Positions 9,149-18,700 of a DNA stretch of 64,000 nucleotides are shown here, in pieces. A program made the position numbers and the translations under genes. The notes under the pieces are model-generated. The model saw only the letters and a program-made list of their open reading frames with translations. It did not search any database and was not told the DNA's origin. Source of the stretch: a virus (Duplodnaviria; Heunggongvirae; Uroviricota; Caudoviricetes); the IMG/VR virus record IMGVR_UViG_3300027777_000022. The stretch is one strand, 5' to 3'. How positions within the stretch are numbered: the stretch's first letter is position 1; every line of letters begins with the position of its first letter.

Positions 9149-9352
9149 CTATTTGCCTTGTGCTGCTAATCTAGCACCATTGTTAAAACTGTTGCTGTGA
9201 CTCATTGCATTCCTGTTGCCACGTGCTTTGCTCCAGGCATATCCAGCTCTGTGGCCAGAACAATCTTTGGTGCAAGGAGATCCCAAGAAGCTCAGTTCGT
9301 CCAGTTCCTGGTGTTCGGGCTTTTTCTTGCGGGTGAATTCTCTTGCTCTCAT
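9149..9352 (-). CDS. small basic putative internal head peptide
   Basis: Leader MRAREF...ELDE, then LSFLGSPCTKDCSGHRAGYAW. Confidence 0.6.
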   Translation of the reverse strand: MRAREFTRKKKPEHQELDELSFLGSPCTKDCSGHRAGYAWSKARGNRNAMSHSNSFNNGARLAAQGK

Positions 9353-9828
9353 TTGGCATCTCCAAAGATAGGTCCACTCACATACTGCCCATTTTGACTC
9401 AATATGCCATTGCGCAAATTCTCAATGATACCATCTGTAATATCTCTGCGTCGAAAGTGTGGCAAAAAGACATGTGTTTCTACCGGTTGATCACCTTGCT
9501 CGTCCAAGATAGCATACATTCTGTGACGGCCGTCATGATCACGAACCCGGGCTTCTAGACTAAAGTCATCTGACTCCCAAGCTTCGGGCACCACAACAGT
9601 CAAGAATGGAGCACCAAAGCCTGGATCATTGATGTGTTTTCTCAAGTGCTGTATAGTCTCTTGCTCGTCGGGTGAGTTCTTGTCCAAGGGTAAACTCAGC
9701 TTCAAAAACATACTGGGCCGCATGACCACTTGCAGGCCAAAGTAATTCACATCTGCATTGTGTGGCACTGCACCCAGACCTTGCCGGTTGTTTATCTTTA
9801 GTTCTGTAATAAATTCAGTTGCTCTCAT
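9349..9828 (-). CDS. ParB/Srx-like domain protein with capsid-targeting-like leader
   Basis: DHDGRHRMYAI (ParB-type DGxHR); leader MRATEFITE; ATGA coupling. Confidence 0.6.
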   Translation of the reverse strand: MRATEFITELKINNRQGLGAVPHNADVNYFGLQVVMRPSMFLKLSLPLDKNSPDEQETIQHLRKHINDPGFGAPFLTVVVPEAWESDDFSLEARVRDHDGRHRMYAILDEQGDQPVETHVFLPHFRRRDITDGIIENLRNGILSQNGQYVSGPIFGDAK

Positions 9829-10622
9829 GCGCCGCTCCAAGTTGCGTATAGTCCAGAATTAAATCTACCACTGCCGTATATTTTGCTCATATAAGTTTTA
9901 ACATAGGCTTCTAATTCTTGTCCAGTTGTTGTGGGCTGTACATCAAATGTAAAAAATCGTTCTCCATCTTTAGATGAGCCAAGATATTCTCCACCCAGTT
10001 GGCCCATGACTGTGTCAATATTACGAGAAGTTAGATCATAATGTTCTAAACCAACATACCCTTTCATTTCAACACCGGGTATACTGGCAAGGCTGACCCA
10101 ATTTTTACGGCCACCGGGTGTTTGGGAAAGACCGGCAACCAGTGGCAATTTCATGATAGTTAATACAATACCATACAATGCTGTGGCAATTCCCTGCCCT
10201 CTATAATCTTCATCAACAGTGATAGTATCAACTCTTACTGCATCAGGTAACGGAAAATTGTGATATCCGGTTTTTGCCGGTGTGGTTAAAAGTTTACCAA
10301 TCAATTGTCCAGGAGTTTGTAATGCTCGTTTATTAGCATGATTCCAATATTGAACTCTTTCGTTATATGACCCGTCTGATTCTCGAGGTTTTCTAACTGG
10401 CGGCGTTTGTGTAGCATTGATATAATCCGGTCCTTTTGGATCCCATATTTGTATATCGGTACCATACTGTCCAGGTCCTATAGTGTATAAGAATCCACTG
10501 CCCCCGGGCAATTTTTTTGTAACATCAGATTTAAACTGTGTGGGAACATATAGTGATTTTTTTCCACCTTGATATTCTCCAGCTGGAATTTTTTCAATAG
10601 TTTCAAACTCCGTTGCTCTCAT
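9825..10622 (-). CDS. GNAT-like acetyltransferase with capsid-targeting-like leader
   Basis: VDTITVDEDYRGQGIATALY (acetyl-CoA-binding motif A); leader MRATEF..IE. Confidence 0.7.
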   Translation of the reverse strand: MRATEFETIEKIPAGEYQGGKKSLYVPTQFKSDVTKKLPGGSGFLYTIGPGQYGTDIQIWDPKGPDYINATQTPPVRKPRESDGSYNERVQYWNHANKRALQTPGQLIGKLLTTPAKTGYHNFPLPDAVRVDTITVDEDYRGQGIATALYGIVLTIMKLPLVAGLSQTPGGRKNWVSLASIPGVEMKGYVGLEHYDLTSRNIDTVMGQLGGEYLGSSKDGERFFTFDVQPTTTGQELEAYVKTYMSKIYGSGRFNSGLYATWSGA

Positions 10623-11704
10623 CAGCAGTTCCACTTTCTCAGTGCCAAGGCCTTGCGGGTGGGTTTGCCATTGGGCTTCTTCATTGGACCTTTGACTCCG
10701 CCCATTCTAGCACAAAAACTCTTGCGGCGTTTGGCTGCTTTTGAGCCGGGCTTGAGTTTTGAGGGCTTGGTGGTCACTGCCATCTGCAAGTGACTGCCTG
10801 GATGCTCTCTGCGGTAACTGGCCACACCTTTGGCATTAAGACCGCCTTTTTTGCTCTTGCCTGCACTTCTACGCCAGGCTGCTGTTTCATACAGTTCATG
10901 ATCATCCACAGCTTCAAAATCTTCCCAGATTTCATCAGCATCCACACCATGTGCTTCGGCCAGTTCCATAACCATTTCTTCAATGATATCAAACTGTTGA
11001 TCAGCGTTGAGATCTTCTGTGATAGTCCCTGCGGCTTCTTCTCGGGCTTTCTTGAATCCTTTGCCTGGGACCCAACCTGCGATGGGTTTACACTTGCATG
11101 AATCACCGGGGCACTTGCAGTTGATCATGCCGCATTGCATGCAGCGTTTTCCTTCGCTTTCTGCCACACTTTCATTCTTGGCAGTCTTGGCTGCATCTCT
11201 CCATGCTTGTGCAGTAGGTGCTTTGGGACTGCTGGCATCTCTACTGGTACCTGCAGCCTTGCGCTTGTTCACATTGTAGTACAGGCCATGTTTGGCAGCT
11301 TCGTCCATTGCTTTTTTCTTTTTCTTGGCTATGGCAATAGCGGCTTGTTGTGCTGCATTAGCAGCTTCGTCTACACTTTCATTTGGCACACAGTTACGTA
11401 CTTGTCCGCCATTTTTGCCTGTCTTGGTACCTTCAGCATGTTTGCCAGGCCAGCACTTGGTAACACCATTTGCGTCCTTGGCACCTTTGGCAATCTCAAT
11501 GAGATTGCCGTGTGTTTGACACATGCCACAGTCTTCGCAGACCATTTCCATCTCAACTGACTCATTGTGTTTCTTCTTGCCAGCGCAATGTGCTCGTTGG
11601 CTGAAACCTTTAGGATGTGAGCAGTTGATACTGCTCTTGTATTTTTGGCTCCACTTTTCCTCCAAGCGGCGGGTGGTTTCTGTAATAAATTCACTTGATT
11701 TCAT
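10622..11704 (-). CDS. polyprotein of short basic/Cys-rich peptides separated by x-x-E sites (putative internal head protein)
   Basis: Leader MKSSEFITE; modules KWSQKYK..CSHPKGFSQRAHC, KCWPG..VRNCVP, CMQCG..CKCPGDSCKC, AAW.R..GK...GGLN.KG...RRKSFCARM. Confidence 0.6.
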   Translation of the reverse strand: MKSSEFITETTRRLEEKWSQKYKSSINCSHPKGFSQRAHCAGKKKHNESVEMEMVCEDCGMCQTHGNLIEIAKGAKDANGVTKCWPGKHAEGTKTGKNGGQVRNCVPNESVDEAANAAQQAAIAIAKKKKKAMDEAAKHGLYYNVNKRKAAGTSRDASSPKAPTAQAWRDAAKTAKNESVAESEGKRCMQCGMINCKCPGDSCKCKPIAGWVPGKGFKKAREEAAGTITEDLNADQQFDIIEEMVMELAEAHGVDADEIWEDFEAVDDHELYETAAWRRSAGKSKKGGLNAKGVASYRREHPGSHLQMAVTTKPSKLKPGSKAAKRRKSFCARMGGVKGPMKKPNGKPTRKALALRKWNC

Positions 11705-12795
11705 GATGCTTTCTTCTTTCCTGATTTCATGTTGGCCATCCAATGTGCCAATTGTGCAGCCCGGCCTGAGTGGCTCTTGGCATATTTACGCAGATTGCTT
11801 ACTGATGATTTGGTAGGAACACCTAGACGTTTTGAGTCGCCTTTGTCTTCAGGGTGTTTACCGTCGGCAAAGTTTTCATCAACCGAAGGCTCACTGGGAG
11901 TTGCAGGTTTCTCAGCAGCTTGCTTGGCTTTGAAGATAGCATCCCATTTGTCGGAGATAGCATTCTTCAATTCCAGTGTGGATTTAAAATCGTTGTCTTG
12001 CATGTACTTAATTATCCAAACTGCACTAGCACGGTCTCCTGAATCGGGCTTGCGAGCATTGCTGAGATCCACACTGAGATTTTGATCTTCATGTGCATTA
12101 CCATAGTACCGCATGGTCTTTAATGCACGTTTTGCTCGTTCACTTAGATGCGCTTCGTCGTTCTTGGTAATCAACTCAATCCAAGGCTTCACAAAGTCTG
12201 TGGGCTTGCGAGAATATCCAGCCGGTTGCGGTCCACGCAACACTTCACGAGCTTGTGCAGGTGTTTTTGCTCGACGTTTGTCCAGCAAGCGCCAGGCAGC
12301 TTCGTCTGTGTAGAAAAACACAGGCAAGCCTTGTTGTTTGGCTGTGATCAGGATTTGTCGTGTTTCTGGACTGCGATATTCATTTTGTTCTTTCAGCAAC
12401 ACATGAACTTCAGTCACAGGAGTGATTGGAATAGTAGGCTCTTTGCTGAACACACGGTCTTCTGATTCTCTTGTTCTTGTGCCATTGCTGTGCAGCCAAG
12501 AACGTTCCCAGTAGTCGATGGGTTTAACAATGTAACGAGAGTTAAACCAGTCGCCGTTGAGCTTGAACATCACAGCACCTGATCCCACCCAGCGATGATA
12601 GTCTCCAGTTATGGTTCGTGTTAGACTAAGAAAGTACGGATAGCCAGGTGGAGCATACTGTTCTTCACTCCTGGTACCAGTCACGCTGGCCAATTCAAAG
12701 TTACCTGATTGCAGTATTTTTAGACCAGCTCTGATACCAGTGTAATGAAACAATACGTCAGTTGCTCGTTCAATTAAAAATTCATTTGCTCTCAT
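11701..12795 (-). CDS. putative ADP-ribosyltransferase-fold protein with capsid-targeting-like leader and a basic C-terminal module
   Basis: LFHYT..LKILQSG, FLSLTR, RESEDR match the H / S-x-T / E-x-E ART layout; leader MRANEFLIE; VDE junction before the C-terminal peptide. Confidence 0.5.
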   Translation of the reverse strand: MRANEFLIERATDVLFHYTGIRAGLKILQSGNFELASVTGTRSEEQYAPPGYPYFLSLTRTITGDYHRWVGSGAVMFKLNGDWFNSRYIVKPIDYWERSWLHSNGTRTRESEDRVFSKEPTIPITPVTEVHVLLKEQNEYRSPETRQILITAKQQGLPVFFYTDEAAWRLLDKRRAKTPAQAREVLRGPQPAGYSRKPTDFVKPWIELITKNDEAHLSERAKRALKTMRYYGNAHEDQNLSVDLSNARKPDSGDRASAVWIIKYMQDNDFKSTLELKNAISDKWDAIFKAKQAAEKPATPSEPSVDENFADGKHPEDKGDSKRLGVPTKSSVSNLRKYAKSHSGRAAQLAHWMANMKSGKKKAS

Positions 12796-15700
12796 TATAC
12801 ATACCTTGCTAATTCATCTTCACCTAAATCTCGTATACGTTCTGGAGGAATGTTAGTTGTGGAGAAGTACCATCCCTGATCATATGTTAATGGAATACCT
12901 GTCACATCAATTTTCAACAATGTTAAAGGATCATCGCTGCCCTCTGTCTTGGCATACATCCAGCCACCAACCATACTTAGTTCTCTTTGTAACTTGGTTT
13001 TGTCACCTTCGTCCACTACCATGAATGCTTTGCCATCATAAGGGTCTAGTCCACCATATAGAATTTCTTCTGCGTTTTCAGTGCTGGTAATATGGTACGC
13101 AGTTTTGAATTTATGATCCGGATGGTGTGTTCTTTCTTCGGCTAGATCGTTTTGTTCCCATACACGGACATCTTCACCTTTGTGCTTGTTCCAGAAACCT
13201 GAACCTGCATCAGTTTGATCCCAGCTTCGTTGTATTGTATAACCTTTGCTTTTGACAAAATCATACATTATTCGAGCAATACCTTGACTTCGAAATTTGT
13301 CCTTGATAAACAAATCCCGCGGATATAGTTCTTTGCTATCGTCAAGGTCAAATACAACATGTCCTAGTTCATTGTTTCCGGTTGGATCAAGAGCATTCAC
13401 AAACAGTTGGCCGCTGTCGGCAACTATTCTAAATTTTAATCCTTCAAAATCTTCTAGTGGATGTTGTTTGCGTTCAGATATGGGTTCCCACTGCATTGCT
13501 TTACTGCCTTTGACAGCAGGCTTGAAGCCTTGACCTCGGTAGAACTTGGTCAGTTTGCTTTGACTCACTTGTCCTTTGTCCCACGGGAACAATGTAAGAC
13601 TAATACCATCTTCACGGGCCATTGCTTGTAGTTCTTTCATTGCTTTAGAACCAACGCCTTGGCGTAATGGATATGCTTGGAACCATTTGACTTCGACTGC
13701 ACCTCGCTTACTGAAGCTAGGTATTAGTTCAAACATAGCAAACTGTTGTTCATCACCCTTGCCCCAAACCATGACATGATTGTTCTGCATGGTATATGGA
13801 TACCGTGCGTAAACTCGTTCAATGAACGCTCGTGCTGCATTGTTGTTGCCTAGATTGATTCTTATCGGTTCTTCTTCGACTTCGTGTATCTTGTTCCAGA
13901 ACAATCGGCCATCTGCTGTTTGGCTATCGCTAGGCACAATGTCTAGCCCAAGAACATGCCTAGCATGTTTGTACATAGCACTGCCAATGCCTTGTCTACG
14001 CAGTCGTTCTGGCACATGAACCATGGCAGCTTTGACTTTACCGTTGCTGAGTCGCTGAAATCTCACCCATCCTACTTCTTTGCCATCACGGTAAGCATAC
14101 ACTTGCATACCACCGGTGCTGGTGGGTTCAGATCGTATTTCTATATTGCCATCAGCATCTTCTGCCACATCTTTCATCAAGTGTTTGGCATCACCGGACT
14201 TCTTCCAAGCCGCCCACATGGCTTTTCCAGGTGGTAATTGATTTTTACTTGGTACAATAGTGTTGCCCAACATTCTAACATACGCATAGATGTTGCGTGC
14301 AATACCTTGCCCTTGATATTCAGGGCGGAAACTGGTGATCAACGACACCACACCTTTTTTGCTTTGTTTGAATTTGGAAATACCCACTTGCTGGAAGTTG
14401 TCATCTAGAACCTTGATTGTGAGTACTGGTTTGCCATATTCTTCTTGTACTGTGGCGCGATACGTCAACCCATCAAAGTGTTGAGTATCATTGAATGCCG
14501 GATCAAAACAATCTGGATTGACAGTTTCATTTAGTTCATTGGCCACGACCTGTGGCAGGAAACTGGCAGCTATGTCTTGACAAGTGTTGAAAATGTCAGC
14601 GTTGTCTGTGACCTGTAGATTAAACGGATAATCTTCAGCGGGCTGCTGTGTGGGGTCTTGCCAACCAGCATAGCATTTTTCAATGCCATAGTCACTCAAC
14701 AACTCAGTACAACTTTCACCATCACGCTCAGTCATGTGATTTACACAAGGACTCAATGTGGTAACCATGATAGCATTGGGGCCAATACGTCCATGACGTT
14801 TTAAATGTTTATCTATGGCCATGCGTTCAGCATGGCGGCGTGTACCATTGGGGCCAGGCATGTTGATAGCATAAGTGTGATTGTTTTTGTTGTCAATCAA
14901 ACAAGCAGCCACGCCCCCGTACTTTTTGGGATTGATTTGCTTGCCACGATGGATCATGCTAATACATTTTTTTAATACCGAGTCCAGTTTGTGAAGTTTA
15001 GTAATTTCTCGGCTTTCACTCACTGGTTGAGCACTCTGTCTTACTGAGAAGTTACTAGCATCTATTGTTGGATCTGTCTGCATTGCAGTGGCCACCCATT
15101 CTTGACCTTTACGCCAGGCTTCGGCTTGATCAGCTGCTCGCATCACAAATACTGGTTGGTTACTAGATCTATTGTATACTTCCCACTGTGTTTGTGCCAT
15201 TGGAATATCTATTTCAATGTCTTGCACTCCGGGAATTGGAGTAGGTGGTGGATAATATGGAGGATTTGTGGAGTTGCTCATAGCTGCATTGCGCAAATGA
15301 TTTGCTGCTGATGGGGCTGCATCAGCGGCCATGCTGGCTGCTGCTAATGCTGCCTGGCGTGCGGGACCCCAGCGGGCTAGAGATTGCGCGCGGCCTGGAA
15401 TAGCCGCAGGAACAACATCAAATTGCTCTCGATAATCATCTAAATCATGGTCAATCAACCATAGTCGTGCTGCTAGGTTGGCATCTCTTTGCACATTTGT
15501 GTCCCAGAAAGTATGCACAGTTTCGCCATTACTATTAATAATGTTCCATTGCATACTACCGGCTTCGGGTTCTGCTGGTGCAGTAGAGTTGGCTGCAGGA
15601 ACAATATCCCATGGGCCACGGCCAGCATGATGACTCAGGCGCTGGCTCCAAATCCATGATCTGCCTGCTTGGTTGGCATCTGATTGCGCATTTGTGTTCC

Positions 15701-18700
15701 GGAAAGTATGCACAACATTTCCGTCGGCATCCACAATGTTCCATTGCACATTGCCGGGTTCGGGTGCTGCTTGTGCAGTGGTTGGCTCTATTTCACGAAC
15801 TTCTGCATCTGCTCGCATTCTTGGATTACTTGCACGAGTCTGGGTGAGGAATTGTTCAGCAGCTTCTTGGCTAGAGAATCTTCTCAACGGAACTGGTTCC
15901 CCCGCAGAATATTCTCCAGGCATACGTGAAAATTGATTTACTGACCCAAGCCAAATACCCCAGTTGCCTTGGTTAACTTCCCCTGGTGCCGTAGCAAGGT
16001 CTTTATACATGGTATCCAGTTCAGCTTGTTTGGCTGCTTTGTTACCACGCACCAGTTGTGCTTGACGTATAAAACTCTTGAGTGCAGCCTTGGGCAGTTC
16101 GCCAGCAGCGTACTTTGCAAAGATAGCTAGAGGATCTGTCTCGCCCTTGGGTGCCAACATCTTGTACAGCTTCTTGAGATACTCTTGTCGGTATGCTTCG
16201 GGATTCAACGCAGCACTCATGGCCACTGTGAATCGCATCAAGGTGTTTTCAATCTTTTCAAAGTTGTCATCCAACCAGTCACCACCGGGGCTGCGAAATT
16301 CAATGTGTCCATCCTTGGTGTTGATTGATGTGTACTTGTCTGTGATGCCCGAATGTATGGCCTTGGTAGCTAACTGATCCATGCCTGACTTCATTTTGTC
16401 TAGTATTTGTTTGGCATTCTCTGGAGTTACCTTGCCTCGGATCTTGCCCATTGCACTTCTTGCATAGGTGTTGCTGGCACGGCCGAAGTTATTCAACACA
16501 TATTCGTCGCCCATGAGCAGGGCCAGTTTCACATAATCCAGTCGGTCTATACTGTAGTTGGGTACACTAATGTTGATGTGCAAGCCAGTTGAGTTATTGG
16601 TGTAGCAACCTGTTTTGTCTGCCCAGGCTTTGACCTTTTTCAAGTCACTCATGATGTCATCTATAGGCAAGGGCGGGCTCACAAACTCCAAGCCCGAATC
16701 GTCAGAATCATCGGGCTGTAAGCTGCCGTCAGGTTCTACCACATAGAAGTTCTTGCCCGGGCCCGGACGCTCTTGACCATATGCATGATAATCACTTCTT
16801 GCTTGTGCAGGGCGACCCACTGCATGACTGAAATCGTCTGCTATGTCTTGAACGCTGGTGTCACCGCCACCACTGGTATAGTGTGGCCAATGGACCATGC
16901 TATCGTAACGATTATGGATGCCACTCATGGTGTCTAGGTCATTGTCTTGTAAAAATTCTTCAAAATGGTCATCATCAAGAAACTCCTCCTGAGATGACTC
17001 TCGAGCATCCTCATACCAAGGAGACATTTGTTCAGTGACAATCATGTCCGCGGCCAGTTGATATTCTTTTTTGGTAATATCGTCGTCTGGTTCTAGATCC
17101 AGCAACTGTCTGATTTCGTCGTCGTCGATATTTTCTTTGATATATTCGTAGATGAATTGTTCGGCGTCCGAATCCCAACGACTGTCAAAATGTTCCACTT
17201 GCCAATCACTGTAATCTTCCATTATCCGATCAATCAGACTATCAACACTTCTGCGACTGTTGTAATCACCGTCATAAAAAAAGTCTCGGATGTCGTATGC
17301 GCTGCTGGCTGATTGATCCTGATCCCAGTCGGGCTCTAGTTCCTGATCCTCTGATGAAGTGTTGGGCACAATCATTTCAAATTCCATGCCAGCGATGGCA
17401 CCGGTCTTGGCAGCTTCTTTACGCAGACTCTTGCCGCCCATGTTGATTTCAAACAGGTCTTGCTCTTTGAACTCACGCAACAACTTGTTTAGGCCTGCTG
17501 TGAGCAAAGCAGGATGTCCTTGGCTATCTGTTTCTAATCCCAGCTTGTTGGCTTCCTTGCCCACAGCACCGGGACGCACATCCCGGGTCAGTGCCATAAC
17601 AAATCGTGGATCTTTGGATTGCTTCTTTGTGGGGATATAACCCGAAGCTTCTTCCAGCGTGGCACCATCAAACATACCGGGCTGCTCTTGTGCCCAGTCT
17701 CTCATGATACGTCCAGCTTGAGCGTTGGCTTGATCTTCCCAAGGGCTACCTGTTTCACCAGCATTGTCGGGCAAAGGATTGCGTTCATCCTGCTGACGAT
17801 GTGTCATTTCATGAGCCATGGTGCGAAGTATATCCAACACATGACGATCAGCAGTGGCCAAGATCAAGGTGTTGGTTTCCGGCTCGTACTGTCCAAAGCT
17901 ACCATTTTGTTGACTCCATGCAGGAGTTGTTTCTAGGCGCAGTCGGGGCGGGTTCTTTAACTGTAGCTTATCAATGCAATTGTTGTAGAAACGCTGTATG
18001 ATCTTTTTAAGCTGATCTGGATCTGCACCTTCATCCACTTGTTCTGCTTCAGTGCCTGCTGGATGATCTTGGCCAGCATACGCAGTACCTGGATACCAGT
18101 AATCACGCATGCCATAATTCATTTTCTTTCTAGGCGCAGGTTTGCGTGTCAAACTCAGTTCACGATCTTGTATTGATGTTTTGGCTTTTTTCAGCTTGGT
18201 CAAGCAGCCGGAATTCCTCAACAGTTTGAATGCAATGTTCTCGCAACCAAACTCGCCGTTCTGTTCCAGGCCAGTTTGACGCATTGTTCGGATCTTTTCC
18301 CACAGTCGATTCACAGCATCTGCATCACCTGACCGGATAGCTTCGTGTATTCTGGCATCAAGATCAGCTGTTTTGTGCTGCACACATGAGTCATCTATTG
18401 TGGCGCGGCGGCGCTGCGGAACTTGTGTCCAGTCACCGTTCTTTACACTGTAGATACCTTGACTCACATGCTTTTGATCACTGGGCTGTACATACAGTTC
18501 TACCGGAACGCCGGCAATCTTTATGTTGTGTTCGGCGTTGTACTGATATTTCTTGGCTGCAAACAATTCCTGATACACAGGATCGTCGGGAATGTCTACC
18601 ACAAGGTGTAGATCAATGTCAGAATTGGGAGTATAACTATAGGCAGCATTGCTACCTGATATGGTAATGTCCTGAATGTTGAGTTCATCAACACCCAGGA

